A DNA stretch of 55,739 nucleotides from the sequence record ON470595, one strand, 5' to 3'. Source of the stretch: Escherichia phage vB_EcoS-683R6. The position numbers and the translations under genes are program-made. Numbering within the stretch: position 1 is the first letter of the stretch; the number at the start of each line of letters is the position of its first letter. The notes below the pieces were generated by a model, which worked only from the letters and a program-made list of their open reading frames with translations, had not been told where the DNA came from and made no database searches. Below are positions 31,416 to 42,294 of this stretch, in pieces.

Positions 31416-31652
31416 GTGGTGTGATATCAGAAACGACATTTAATCATCGCCTTCAAAATAAATTTATTTATATGTTGTTGTATATATTTTAAGTGAAAGT
31501 GAATTATTCACATAAAATAAAAACATATAAATAAATTTACATAACTTGACGCAAAGTGTTGTTGCGATTGGAATATTAAATCGTATTATCGAAAACGGTT
31601 CTGAGGGGGAACTCTTCTTTGCTCGGTGATATCGCTCCCCTGAAGAACCAAT

Positions 31653-31728
<76 letters not shown>

Positions 31729-31731
31729 TAT

Positions 31732-31806
<75 letters not shown>

Positions 31807-32164
31807 GAGAAACAAGCCTTATTGTATCGTGGCACTGGCGTATTTTTTATTACGTGGGGTGGGTTGTTTTAAAAAGACAATCCGTTCTCTGACTATGATT
31901 GGAGGTCGGTTGTAGTCACAGTGCTAATTTTTTTACGGCAGCAGAATGGTGCATTATCGGTGGAGATTTTGTATTTCCTGGCAGGGTCGGTGATGCATCA
32001 TTCTGGTGTTGTAAAAGCACCGCAGAGGTGTTCCTCAGTGCGAGGGTGGTTTAGATAGTGGTTTGGCGGGGAATCACAATATCTGTTGTAGAGATGGATA
32101 TTTCGGGAGGCACCCGACACCTCGATTCTTATTACAATAAAATGATTTATCTCATGCAGTGACC

Positions 32165-32191
32165 AACCGCCATATTTGGCGGTTTTTTTTA
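32165..32191 (+). terminator. strong intrinsic terminator upstream of the lysis genes (tR'-like)
   Basis: AACCGCCA-TATT-TGGCGGTT hairpin followed by T8. Confidence 0.7.
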
Positions 32192-32580
32192 TTCCTTCCT
32201 CAGGACAAAAAAAGACACGAGCATCCTGGAATACTCGTGGGACAAAGTCCTTTAGATAGCAATTTGCGAGAGGGTGAAAAAGTAGCGCGGTCGTCGGATT
32301 AAGACCGCGGGACAAAGTCCATGAAGAATAATAAGTATTGGCCCCCTTCTGGGGACATGTTCATACTACTAAGCTTCAGAAGTGGTTTAAATCATCAAAT
32401 TGACCTTAATTTTCGATAAGTCTTATTTCATTTCTTTGCGCCACATCTGGCGCGCATCAAATAACGCCACGCAAAGGGCATCTGCGGATGCCGGTGCTTT
32501 TGACGGGGTGTTTTTTACGGGCCGCTGGTGGCCATTTTTTGTTTCCATTACACAGCGCCCGCATCTGCGAGGTGGGGGTT

Positions 32581-32796
32581 ATGAAATCCATGGATAAGTT
32601 AACAACGGGTGTCGCCTATGGCACCTCCGCAGGCAGTGCTGGCTACTGGTTTTTACAGTTGCTCGATAGAGTAACTCCGTCACAGTGGGCTGCAATCGGT
32701 GTGCTGGGTAGTCTGGTATTTGGCCTGCTGACGTACCTGACAAACCTTTATTTCAAGATTAAAGAAGATAAGCGCAAGGCTGCGAGAGGTGAATAA
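32581..32796 (+). CDS. pinholin, phage 21 S21-like, with dual-start motif M-K-S-M
   Basis: [71 protein letters not shown] closely matches remembered S21 (71 aa). Confidence 0.85.
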   Translation: MKSMDKLTTGVAYGTSAGSAGYWFLQLLDRVTPSQWAAIGVLGSLVFGLLTYLTNLYFKIKEDKRKAARGE

Positions 32797-33293
32797 TGCC
32801 TCCATCATTACGAAAAGCCGTTGCTGCTGCTATTGGTGGCGGAGCAATTGCTATAGCATCAGTGTTAATCACTGGCCCAAGTGGTAACGATGGTCTGGAA
32901 GGTGTCAGCTACATACCATATAAAGATATCGTTGGTGTATGGACTGTATGTCACGGACACACCGGAAAAGACATCATTCCCGGTAAAACGTATACCGAAG
33001 CAGAATGCAAAGCCCTCCTGAATAAAGACCTTGCCACGGTCGCCAGACAAATTAACCCGTACATCAAAGTCGATATACCGGAAACAACGCGCGGCGCTCT
33101 TTACTCATTCGTTTACAACGTGGGTGCTGGCAATTTCAGAACATCGACGCTTCTTCGCAAAATAAACCAGGGCGATATCAAAGGCGCATGTGATCAGCTA
33201 CGTCGCTGGACATATGCTGGCGGTAAGCAATGGAAAGGTCTCATGACTCGTCGTGAGATTGAGCGTGAAATCTGTTTGTGGGGTCAGCAATGA
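32796..33293 (+). CDS. SAR endolysin (R21-like lysozyme with N-terminal signal-anchor-release domain)
   Basis: 165 aa; N-terminal Gly/Ala-rich weakly hydrophobic SAR segment ([20 protein letters not shown]); lysozyme-like body; follows the pinholin. Confidence 0.85.
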   Translation: MPPSLRKAVAAAIGGGAIAIASVLITGPSGNDGLEGVSYIPYKDIVGVWTVCHGHTGKDIIPGKTYTEAECKALLNKDLATVARQINPYIKVDIPETTRGALYSFVYNVGAGNFRTSTLLRKINQGDIKGACDQLRRWTYAGGKQWKGLMTRREIEREICLWGQQ

Positions 33294-33754
33294 ACAGAGT
33301 AACCGCGATTATCTCCGCTCTGGTTATCTGCATCGTCGTCTGCCTGTCATGGGCTGTTAATCATTACCGTGATAACGCCATCGCCTACAAAGAACAGCGC
33401 GACAAAAATGCCAGAGAACTGAAGCTGGCGAACGCGGCAATTACTGACATGCAGATGCGTCAGCGTGATGTTGCTGCGCTCGATGCAAAATACACGAAGG
33501 AGTTAGCTGATGCGAAAGCTGAAAATGATGCTCTGCGTGATGATGTTGCCGCTGGTCGTCGTCGGTTGCACATCAAAGCAGTCTGTCAGTCAGTGCGTGA
33601 AGCCACCACCGCCTCCGGCGTGGATAATGCAGCCTCCCCCCGACTGGCAGACACCGCTGAACGGGATTATTTCACCCTCCGGGAACGACTGGTAATGATG
33701 CAGGCCCAACTTGAAGGTGCTCAGCAATACATAACCGAGCAGTGTTTAAAGTAA
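33278..33754 (+). CDS. i-spanin Rz
   Basis: 158 aa; N-terminal TM helix then coiled-coil-rich periplasmic region; overlaps the endolysin end. Confidence 0.8.
   Translation: MGSAMNRVTAIISALVICIVVCLSWAVNHYRDNAIAYKEQRDKNARELKLANAAITDMQMRQRDVAALDAKYTKELADAKAENDALRDDVAAGRRRLHIKAVCQSVREATTASGVDNAASPRLADTAERDYFTLRERLVMMQAQLEGAQQYITEQCLK
33510..33695 (+). CDS. o-spanin Rz1 (lipoprotein) embedded in the +1 frame of Rz
   Basis: 61 aa; lipobox LVVVGC; proline-rich ([15 protein letters not shown]); lies entirely within Rz. Confidence 0.8.
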   Translation: MRKLKMMLCVMMLPLVVVGCTSKQSVSQCVKPPPPPAWIMQPPPDWQTPLNGIISPSGNDW

Positions 33755-33891
33755 AATCTTAACTACAATATGATTCATTTTGATGATTGTTTCATAAGGA
33801 ACAGTGAAGTAAGATCTAAGAGGAGTTAAATTTTATACAGTATAATCATAATATTGCAGCAAGGTGGTTATAATTGAAAGAATATTTAGAT

Positions 33892-35349
33892 ATGAATACA
33901 TCTCATGTAAGAGTTGTTACTCATATGTGTGGGTTCCTGGTTTGGCTCTATAGTCTTTCAATGTTGCCACCAATGGTTGTAGCATTGTTTTATAAAGAAA
34001 AAAGCCTGTTCGTTTTCTTTATAACTTTCGTTATATTTTTTTGCATTGGTGGCGGAGCGTGGTATACAACTAAGAAATCTGGCATTCAATTACGTACCCG
34101 TGATGGGTTTATTATAATTGTAATGTTTTGGATTTTGTTTTCTGTTATTAGTGCATTCCCTTTATGGATTGACTCAGAACTTAATTTAACGTTCATTGAT
34201 GCTCTGTTTGAAGGGGTTTCTGGAATAACAACAACAGGAGCAACTGTAATTGATGATGTTAGTTCATTACCTCGGGCATATTTGTACTATCGGTCACAGT
34301 TAAATTTTATAGGTGGTTTAGGAGTTATTGTTCTGGCGGTTGCTGTATTGCCATTATTGGGTATTGGTGGTGCAAAGCTTTATCAGTCAGAAATGCCGGG
34401 GCCATTTAAGGATGACAAACTCACTCCCCGCCTGGCCGATACGTCACGGACACTGTGGATAACTTATTCTTTATTAGGTATTGCTTGTATTGTCTGTTAT
34501 AGACTTGCAGGAATGCCTTTGTTTGATGCTATTTGTCACGGGATTTCCACAGTTTCGCTTGGTGGTTTCTCAACTCATAGCGAGAGTATCGGATATTTTA
34601 ATAACTATTTGGTTGAGCTGGTGGCTGGTTCTTTTTCCCTGCTATCGGCTTTCAACTTCACTCTTTGGTATATTGTTATTAGCAGGAAAACGATAAAACC
34701 TTTAATCAGAGATATTGAACTTCGTTTCTTTCTGTTAATAGCCTTAGGGGTGATCATTGTTACCTCTTTCCAGGTCTGGCATATAGGTATGTATGACTTG
34801 CATGGAAGTTTTATTCATTCGTTTTTTCTTGCCAGCTCCATGCTCACTGATAATGGTTTAGCTACGCAGGATTATGCAAGTTGGCCCACGCACACGATAG
34901 TGTTTTTGCTGTTGTCAAGTTTCTTTGGGGGATGTATAGGTTCAACTTGTGGTGGAATTAAGTCACTTCGATTTCTTATACTTTTCAAACAAAGCAAACA
35001 CGAGATAAATCAGCTTTCTCATCCCAGAGCGTTGTTGAGTGTAAATGTAGGAGGGAAGATAGTTACAGATCGTGTAATGAGGTCTGTATGGAGTTTCTTT
35101 TTTCTTTATACTCTCTTCACGGTGTTTTTTATACTGGTGTTAAATGGTATGGGATATGATTTTCTTACATCATTTGCAACAGTGGCTGCATGTATTAATA
35201 ATATGGGATTAGGTTTTGGGGCTACTGCATCGTCATTCGGAGTGCTTAATGACATTGCAAAATGTTTAATGTGCATAGCTATGATTCTTGGTCGCCTTGA
35301 AATTTATCCTGTTATTATATTGTTTTCAGGTTTTTTTTGGCGCTCCTAA
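33892..35349 (+). CDS. trkG: potassium uptake protein TrkG (TrkH family)
   Basis: MNTSHVRVVTHMCGFLVWLYSLSMLPPMVVALFYKEKSLFVFF... matches remembered TrkG; very AT-rich. Confidence 0.9.
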   Translation: MNTSHVRVVTHMCGFLVWLYSLSMLPPMVVALFYKEKSLFVFFITFVIFFCIGGGAWYTTKKSGIQLRTRDGFIIIVMFWILFSVISAFPLWIDSELNLTFIDALFEGVSGITTTGATVIDDVSSLPRAYLYYRSQLNFIGGLGVIVLAVAVLPLLGIGGAKLYQSEMPGPFKDDKLTPRLADTSRTLWITYSLLGIACIVCYRLAGMPLFDAICHGISTVSLGGFSTHSESIGYFNNYLVELVAGSFSLLSAFNFTLWYIVISRKTIKPLIRDIELRFFLLIALGVIIVTSFQVWHIGMYDLHGSFIHSFFLASSMLTDNGLATQDYASWPTHTIVFLLLSSFFGGCIGSTCGGIKSLRFLILFKQSKHEINQLSHPRALLSVNVGGKIVTDRVMRSVWSFFFLYTLFTVFFILVLNGMGYDFLTSFATVAACINNMGLGFGATASSFGVLNDIAKCLMCIAMILGRLEIYPVIILFSGFFWRS

Positions 35350-35486
35350 TATATGGCTGATTTATAATTGTGAGTTTAATATTATGTTGACTCACTCATT
35401 GATCCAATACCTAACTTTACCAGCAACCCCTCCGTCCCCAGTAGCACTGGCTGCTGGGGTGCGTTTTATTCATAAAGCAAGGCTGT

Positions 35487-36278
35487 ATGAGCGAGAAATT
35501 AAAGATAGTCTATCGCCCATTACAAGAATTGTCACCGTATGCGCACAACGCCAGGACGCACAGCCCTGAGCAGGTGGCACAACTGGTAGAAAGTATTAAG
35601 CAATTCGGCTGGACTAATCCGGTGCTGATTGACGAAAAGGGCGAAATTATTGCGGGTCACGGTCGTGTTATGGCGGCTGAAATGCTCAAAATGGATTCTG
35701 TTCCGGTCATTGTTCTGTCTGGCCTGACGGATGAGCAGAAAAAGGCGTACCGCCTGGCAGATAATCGCCTGCCGATGAATGCTGGCTGGGATGAAGATCT
35801 GTTGCGGATGGAGCTGTCGGACCTAATCAATGCTGATTTTGATGTCTCCCTGACAGGCTTCATCCCGACAGAAATTGATGAACTGTTGACGGATGTTTTG
35901 CCCGGTACAGGAAATGAGGAGGAGCCGTATACGACGAAAATTGATACGCCTGTTTATGAGCCGTCGGGCGGTAAACCGGATATCAGTGAACTGTACGACG
36001 ATACGAAAACTCAGGAGCTGATCAGCCGGATACGTTCGGCGTCCCTTGAGCCTGATATTGAGAAATTCCTCCTGTGTGCGGCAGAACGTCACACGGTGTT
36101 TAATTTCAGCAGAATTGCGGACTATTACGCTCACGCCCCCTCTGAAATTCAGTGTTTTTTCGAGGAGTCGGCGCTGGTGATCATTGATTATCAGCAGGCT
36201 ATTGAAAATGGATTTGTCCGGATGACGCAGCGCATGGTGGAGATCATGCATGGTGGTGAGGAGGAGGAATATGCGTGA
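35487..36278 (+). CDS. ynaK: ParB-like nuclease domain protein (YnaK-like)
   Basis: 263 aa; ParB N-terminal-domain motif (IAGHGRVMAA); acidic C-terminus. Confidence 0.65.
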   Translation: MSEKLKIVYRPLQELSPYAHNARTHSPEQVAQLVESIKQFGWTNPVLIDEKGEIIAGHGRVMAAEMLKMDSVPVIVLSGLTDEQKKAYRLADNRLPMNAGWDEDLLRMELSDLINADFDVSLTGFIPTEIDELLTDVLPGTGNEEEPYTTKIDTPVYEPSGGKPDISELYDDTKTQELISRIRSASLEPDIEKFLLCAAERHTVFNFSRIADYYAHAPSEIQCFFEESALVIIDYQQAIENGFVRMTQRMVEIMHGGEEEEYA

Positions 36279-37203
36279 TGATTTTTGCGCCTTTATTCTG
36301 ACTCACGGGCGACCGGACAAAGTTCTGACTTACCGGACGTTGCGTCGTGCTGGCTATACCGGGAAAATTTTTATCGTTGTTGATGATGAAGATAAGACAC
36401 GGAATCAGTACATGGCTGAATTTGGTGAACAGGTGCTGGTGTTTTCCAAAGCCGATATCGCCAGTCGTTTTGACGAAGCCGATAATTTCTGTGACCGCCG
36501 CTCAATTTTTTACGCCCGTAATGCCTGTTTCGACCTGGCAAAACTGGTCGGGTGTAAATACTTCATTCAGCTCGATGATGATTATCACGAGTTCCAGTTT
36601 CGGGTGGATCGCAACTATGACCAGGCCTATTTTCCGATAAGGAAACTGGATGCGATCCTTTCTGAAATGCTGGCGTACTACGAATCAATACCTGCTCTTT
36701 CCATCGCTATGTCGCAGGGCGGGGATTTTCTTGGTGACAATGGCGGCCATGCTTCGTGGGTGAAACGCAAGGCAATGAACAGCTTTATCTGTTCGGTTGA
36801 TCGACCGTTCTCATTCATGGGGCGCATTAACGAGGATGTGAATACGTACACGAATCTCGGTCGCTGTGGTGAATTGTTTATGACGATCGGTGCTGTCCAG
36901 TTAGGGCAGAAACAGACGCAGAAAAACAGCGGCGGAATGACCGAGCTGTATCTGGATTCCGGAACCTACGTTAAAAGTTTTTACTCCGTCATGTATGCGC
37001 CGTCGTGCGTAAAAATCTCACTGATGGGTGCCAGCCATAAACGCATTCACCATCAGGTCACCTGGAACAACGCTGCAGTAAAAATCCTTCACGAAAAATA
37101 CAGGAAGAAGACACCCTGCATATCAATGGGGGTGACAAATGATTCCGTATTCGAAAGTCGAGTCTCTGGCAGCGTGCCGGATGACTGCACAACAAATCGC
37201 TGA
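36271..37203 (+). CDS. hypothetical prophage protein at the YdaY position; possible nucleotide-sugar-transferase-like fold (speculative)
   Basis: Strong RBS GAGGAGGAGGAA before ATG 36271; acidic DxD-like motif (IQLDDDYHEF); no firm family assignment. Confidence 0.5.
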   Translation: MRDDFCAFILTHGRPDKVLTYRTLRRAGYTGKIFIVVDDEDKTRNQYMAEFGEQVLVFSKADIASRFDEADNFCDRRSIFYARNACFDLAKLVGCKYFIQLDDDYHEFQFRVDRNYDQAYFPIRKLDAILSEMLAYYESIPALSIAMSQGGDFLGDNGGHASWVKRKAMNSFICSVDRPFSFMGRINEDVNTYTNLGRCGELFMTIGAVQLGQKQTQKNSGGMTELYLDSGTYVKSFYSVMYAPSCVKISLMGASHKRIHHQVTWNNAAVKILHEKYRKKTPCISMGVTNDSVFESRVSGSVPDDCTTNR

Positions 37204-37390
37204 CGTTCTGGATGTTGATCTGAACCGACTGAAAGAAAATCGGGAAGCAATGACAGATTTTTATGCGGCCATCCGTAAGGGCAGAGCGAAAGGTGAAGCC
37301 GAGTTACGAGCGGCATTGTTTAAGCTTGCCAGAAAAGGGGATGCCTTTGCTCTGCGCGAACTACTCAGGGTGGATAAAAATCAGGACTAA
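37139..37390 (+). CDS. small phage protein upstream of terminase (83 aa)
   Basis: ORF with helical/HTH-like character; function not assigned. Confidence 0.4.
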   Translation: MIPYSKVESLAACRMTAQQIADVLDVDLNRLKENREAMTDFYAAIRKGRAKGEAELRAALFKLARKGDAFALRELLRVDKNQD

Positions 37391-37393
37391 CTG

Positions 37394-38488
37394 ATGAGCA
37401 GACCGGACTGGGGGGCGTTGCAGCAGGAGTATATTGCTGAATACACCCGCTCCGGTATATCTCCGGTGGCATGGTGTGAAGCAAGGGGACTGAATTACGC
37501 AACAGCCCGTCGTTACATCAAAAAAACTCCGAAAAATGCGCAGACAGAAATGTGCAAAACTGCGCAAAAAAGTGCGCAGAAAAAATCTGCGCAGACTGCA
37601 CAAAAGCGGAACGAAAAATCTCAGGAAAAAAAGCCAGTATTCGATGCGGGCCTGAATGAGGGCGACGCGGAGGAATTTTCGTTCTGTCCCGATGAATTCG
37701 GCATTTCTGACCAGCAGGCTAAGTTTGCGATGCTTGTTGCTCAGGGTAAAAAGCCGACAGAGGCGTACCGACTAGCCGGTTATGAGGGGCAAGGTGCGAC
37801 AGCTAACAGCAACGCCAGTCGTATGCTTAGAAATGCCAGGGTTTTTCGCGCTATCAGCTACTTCCGCAATCAGTACCAGAAACGCTATACCGCAGACCTG
37901 GATTTACTAGTGAGTCAGTTGATGGCTATTGTCCTGGCCGACCCCAATCAGCTTGCACAATTTCGCCGTGTTAACTGCCGTTATTGCTGGGGCGAGAATC
38001 ATCTCTACCAGTGGCGCGATATAGCAGAATTCGACAAGGCAGCGGCGCAGGCTTCCAGAGATGGCAAACCCGAACCGGAATATGGAGGCCTCGGCTTTGT
38101 TGATAACGCCATACCCAATCCGGACTGCCCGAAGTGCTGCGGTGAGGGAACGGGACAGCTTTATATGGCTGATACCACTCTGCTTGATGGGGATGCGCGG
38201 CAATTATATGCAGGGGCAAAATTCGGAAAATTCGGCGTTGAGATCCTGCTGGAGGATAAGGCTGCCGCCCGGCGTGAATTGTTGCGTTTGCTTTCTGCTG
38301 GCGGGGATTTATGTGCAGATAAGCGGCTACAGGAACTGGAAATTGAACGGCGCAGAATGGAAAACCAGAAGCTGCGCAAAGAGATCGAAACGGTGGAAGA
38401 TAATGAACATCCCCAGCCTGTGGCGATCAATATTAATGTGGTTGATGCCAGAGTAAGGAGTGATGAAGATGATCTCTCCGACGCTTAA
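37394..38488 (+). CDS. putative terminase small subunit (DNA-recognition component)
   Basis: 364 aa; N-terminal HTH-like region; precedes and overlaps the large terminase gene. Confidence 0.55.
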   Translation: MSRPDWGALQQEYIAEYTRSGISPVAWCEARGLNYATARRYIKKTPKNAQTEMCKTAQKSAQKKSAQTAQKRNEKSQEKKPVFDAGLNEGDAEEFSFCPDEFGISDQQAKFAMLVAQGKKPTEAYRLAGYEGQGATANSNASRMLRNARVFRAISYFRNQYQKRYTADLDLLVSQLMAIVLADPNQLAQFRRVNCRYCWGENHLYQWRDIAEFDKAAAQASRDGKPEPEYGGLGFVDNAIPNPDCPKCCGEGTGQLYMADTTLLDGDARQLYAGAKFGKFGVEILLEDKAAARRELLRLLSAGGDLCADKRLQELEIERRRMENQKLRKEIETVEDNEHPQPVAININVVDARVRSDEDDLSDA

Positions 38489-39770
38489 TGTGCCTCAGGC
38501 GCGATTTCTTTCAATGCCCCATAAATTTAAAGCCTATATTGCTGGTTTTGGCTCGGGCAAAACATGGGTTGGGTGTGGCGGCATATGCAAGGGGATTTGG
38601 GAGCATCCAGGTATAAATCAGGGATATTTTGCGCCAACGTATCCCCAAATTCGCGATATTTTTTACCCTACAGTGGAAGAAGTTGCTGCTGACTGGGGAT
38701 TGAACGTAAAAATTAATGAGGGAAATAAAGAGGTTCACTTTTATTACGGACGCCAGTATCGGGGAACCACTATCTGCAGATCGATGGAGAAGCCACAAAC
38801 GATCGTCGGTTTCAAAATTGGTAATGCGTTGGTGGATGAACTGGACATTTTGCCGAAGGAAAAAGCCAGAACGGCGTGGCGCAAGATAATTGCGCGTATG
38901 CGTTATAAGATTGATGGACTTCGCAACGGTATTGACGTTACAACCACGCCGGAAGGATTCAAATTTGTCTACGAGCAGTTTGTTAAAGCCGTGCGTGAAA
39001 AAACAGAGCTGGCCTCACTGTATGGTCTGGTGCAGGCATCTACTTTCGATAATGAAAAGAACCTGCCAGCAGATTACATTCCTTCGCTTCTTGAATCATA
39101 CCCTCCAGAGCTGATTAAAGCCTATCTGCGAGGACAGTTTACTAACCTGACAAGTGGTACTGTTTACCATCAGTTTGACCGGAAACTGAATAATTGCGAA
39201 GAAGTGGAGCAGCCAGGGGAGCCGATTTATATTGGGATGGATTTTAACGTTGGAAAGATGGCGGGAATCGTCCATGTGCTGCGTTTGGGGCTTCCATGTG
39301 CGGTAACTGAAATCATCAATGCCTACGATACGCCGGATATGATCCGCATCATTAAAGAACGCTTCTGGCTGTATGATGGGAATGATTACCGGAAAGTGAG
39401 GGAAATTTATATTTATCCAGATGCTTCCGGGGATTCCAGAAAATCAAGTAACGCAAGTACGACGGATATAGCCCAGCTTAAGCAGGCTGGTTTTAACGTT
39501 GTGGTGAACAGCTCGAACCCGCCAGTAAAAGATCGCGTTAACTCAATGAATGCAATGTTCTGCAATGCCAATGGTGAGCGTCGCTATAAAGTTAATGTGA
39601 AGCGTTGCCCGTTATATGCCGAATCTCTGGAGCAACAGGTCTGGGATGAGAAGGGGGAGCCTGATAAAAAATCTGGCAATGATCACCCGAATGATGCCGG
39701 AGGTTATTTCATCGTTAAGCAATTCCCTATTGTCAAACCGACCGGAAGAGTCACATCACTTCGGATTTAA
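38460..39770 (+). CDS. terminase large subunit (ATPase/nuclease)
   Basis: 436 aa; Walker A-like AGFGSGKT near the N-terminus; position before the portal gene. Confidence 0.8.
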   Translation: MMKMISPTLNVPQARFLSMPHKFKAYIAGFGSGKTWVGCGGICKGIWEHPGINQGYFAPTYPQIRDIFYPTVEEVAADWGLNVKINEGNKEVHFYYGRQYRGTTICRSMEKPQTIVGFKIGNALVDELDILPKEKARTAWRKIIARMRYKIDGLRNGIDVTTTPEGFKFVYEQFVKAVREKTELASLYGLVQASTFDNEKNLPADYIPSLLESYPPELIKAYLRGQFTNLTSGTVYHQFDRKLNNCEEVEQPGEPIYIGMDFNVGKMAGIVHVLRLGLPCAVTEIINAYDTPDMIRIIKERFWLYDGNDYRKVREIYIYPDASGDSRKSSNASTTDIAQLKQAGFNVVVNSSNPPVKDRVNSMNAMFCNANGERRYKVNVKRCPLYAESLEQQVWDEKGEPDKKSGNDHPNDAGGYFIVKQFPIVKPTGRVTSLRI

Positions 39771-39772
39771 TT

Positions 39773-41179
39773 ATGGCTGATATATCAACACCCAACCTCG
39801 ACTATAACGATATGCTGGAGGCGTGGGATATTAACGACGCACTGATGGGCGGTACGCTTGAAATGCGCAGGCAGGGGGAAAATTATCTCCCAAAATGGCC
39901 TAACGAAGATGAAGACGCTTATAAAAAACGCCTGTCTGTGGCTACGCTACTTCCTGTGTATGAAGAAAGCATCAAGCAAAATATTGGGCGCATATTTGCA
40001 GAGCCGACAGTATTGAGTGAGGAAACGCCGGCAAAAATCAGGGAATATGCAGAAAATATCGACATGGAGGGAAGCCGACTGGATGTGTGGGCGCAGCAAT
40101 TTTTCAGCCTCGCATTTCAGTATGGTGTGGCACATGCGCTGGTGGACTATCCACGAACGGATATGAAAGAGATTCGGACAAAAGCCGATGAAAACGCGGC
40201 CGGTAGTCGTCCGTACGTTACGATGCTGAATCCACGCCAGGTTATTGGATGGAAATCGAAAGTTGAAAAAGGGAAAGTTGTTCTCACTGATTTGCGTATA
40301 AAAGAGGTCATCATTATTGATGGTGATGATTTCGGGCAGAAGAAGGTGGAGCAGATCCGCCATATTATGCCCCGTCGAGTTGAAATTTATCGACGTAGCG
40401 AAGGCACTAATGGCGAATCTGTCTGGACGCTTCATGAGTCATGGAATACCAGCCGTGATGATATTCCTCTGGTAACACTGTACACGAAGAAAACAGGATT
40501 TATGCGTGGTACACCGCCATTGCTTAATCTTGGCTTGCTGAATATCAAGCACTGGCAAAGCCAGAGCGAGCAGGACAATATTCTTCATGTTGCCCGCGTT
40601 CCATTGCTGGTGGCCTACGGGCTGGACAGGAATGAAGAACTGACGGTTGGTGCATCCACCGCTACGATTTTTGAGGACAGAACAAAAAATGGCCTCGAAT
40701 ATGTTGAACATAGTGGCGCAGCGATAGAATCTGGCGAAACATCACTTGAGAAGCTGGAAAATCAGATGCGTCATGCCGGCGCTAAACTTCTGCGTGCTGA
40801 AAATACATCCACCAAATCTGTTGATCAGACTAATGAAGAGCGAATGCAGGAAAACTCGCCGCTTTATACAATGGCGAACTCCCTCGAAGATGCCCTCGAT
40901 AATATTCTCCAGATAATGGCGGAATGGATCGGAGAGAGTTGCGGTGGCAATGTGGATGTGCGCACTGAACTGGATGTATCTGCCCAGGTGTTTGACTCAT
41001 CCTCCGCGCTGGCTGTTCAGTCATTGCGTCAGGGCGGTGATATACGTCAGATTGATGCGATTCGGGTGTTGCAGGCGTTGAAATTTATCGATCAGGATTC
41101 CCGTCCAGAGGAAGTGATCGATGAATTAAAAAATCAGAGTGTAATGCTGATGGAAATCAATGATGCAAACCGTGAATGA
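39773..41179 (+). CDS. portal protein
   Basis: 468 aa ORF between terminase and head-morphogenesis genes. Confidence 0.7.
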   Translation: MADISTPNLDYNDMLEAWDINDALMGGTLEMRRQGENYLPKWPNEDEDAYKKRLSVATLLPVYEESIKQNIGRIFAEPTVLSEETPAKIREYAENIDMEGSRLDVWAQQFFSLAFQYGVAHALVDYPRTDMKEIRTKADENAAGSRPYVTMLNPRQVIGWKSKVEKGKVVLTDLRIKEVIIIDGDDFGQKKVEQIRHIMPRRVEIYRRSEGTNGESVWTLHESWNTSRDDIPLVTLYTKKTGFMRGTPPLLNLGLLNIKHWQSQSEQDNILHVARVPLLVAYGLDRNEELTVGASTATIFEDRTKNGLEYVEHSGAAIESGETSLEKLENQMRHAGAKLLRAENTSTKSVDQTNEERMQENSPLYTMANSLEDALDNILQIMAEWIGESCGGNVDVRTELDVSAQVFDSSSALAVQSLRQGGDIRQIDAIRVLQALKFIDQDSRPEEVIDELKNQSVMLMEINDANRE

Positions 41180-42275
41180 ACGGCTGCGTGATGAATCAAT
41201 TGCTCATGCAGTCTGGATATCCCGCTATAGCACTGGCGTGGCTGCCAGAATGGTGAAAATACTGAATGACAGCGATGCGGAACTTACTGCTCGCCTGCTG
41301 ATAGCACTGGACAGCCTCGATCCAGGTAGTTTTACCGTTAAGCGCCTGGAGTCACTTCTGGCGAGCGTCAGAGAGGTTAACCGCACTGCTATTAACAGCA
41401 TGTTTACCAGTCTCTCCGGAGAGCTGAACGAGCTGGCAATTTATGAGGCTGGTTATCAGTTAAGTCTGTTTGATTCTATGCTACCTGATTTTGTTGCTGA
41501 TGTTCACCCTCTGGTTGGTATCTCTCCTGATGCACTTTATGCCGCTGCAATGGCGCGACCATTTCAGGGACGACTGCTCAGTGAGTGGGCCTCAGATCTT
41601 GAGGCGGATCGGCTCAGACGCATAACAAATACAGTGCGTCAGGGTTTTTTGCTGGGGGATACCAATGAGCAGATCGCAAGAAAAATTCGGGGACATGTCA
41701 GTAAGGGATTTCAGGATGGTGCATTGCAGATGAGCCGGGCTAATGCGGCCAGCATTGCAAAAACAGCGGTTGGACATCTTGCTGCTACTGCCCGTGAGAG
41801 TTTTGCCAGCGCGAATAATGATTTGATTAAGGGTAAGCAATGGTTATCAACGCTTGATAATCGTACTACGCCACAATGTCGAATCAGGGATCGCCTCAAA
41901 TATACGCTGAATAATAAACCTGTAGGTCACAGCGTGCCTTATTTGCAGGGGCCGGGAAAAATTCATTTCTGCTGCCGCTCAACGGAAACGTTCATTCTGA
42001 AATCAGCGAAGGAACTGGGTATTGATGTTCGCGATATTTCCCCGGCTGAGCGGGCCAGCATGGATGGCGTGGTGGCCGGAGATACAACCTACAGGGAATG
42101 GTTTTTGCGTCAGCCTTACACCAGACAAAAACAGATTGTGGGGGAAACCCGAGCAAAGCTGATTCGGGATGGTGGTATGTCGCCAGATGAATTTTACACC
42201 GATAAAGGCGAATGGCTGACGCTGAAGCAGCTCCGTGAGCGTGATGCACAGGTATTCAGAAAAGCAGGGATTTAA
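41160..42275 (+). CDS. head morphogenesis protein (Mu F / SPP1 gp7-like)
   Basis: 371 aa; position after the portal gene; overlapping start. Confidence 0.65.
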   Translation: MMQTVNERLRDESIAHAVWISRYSTGVAARMVKILNDSDAELTARLLIALDSLDPGSFTVKRLESLLASVREVNRTAINSMFTSLSGELNELAIYEAGYQLSLFDSMLPDFVADVHPLVGISPDALYAAAMARPFQGRLLSEWASDLEADRLRRITNTVRQGFLLGDTNEQIARKIRGHVSKGFQDGALQMSRANAASIAKTAVGHLAATARESFASANNDLIKGKQWLSTLDNRTTPQCRIRDRLKYTLNNKPVGHSVPYLQGPGKIHFCCRSTETFILKSAKELGIDVRDISPAERASMDGVVAGDTTYREWFLRQPYTRQKQIVGETRAKLIRDGGMSPDEFYTDKGEWLTLKQLRERDAQVFRKAGI

Positions 42276-42294
42276 ATAAATCATTTATTACAAC

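Noticed and set aside
31998-32315. 105-aa reverse-strand ORF between the tRNAs and the holin
   Set aside because: Sits across the tR'-like terminator and late leader; no RBS context and no recognisable motif.
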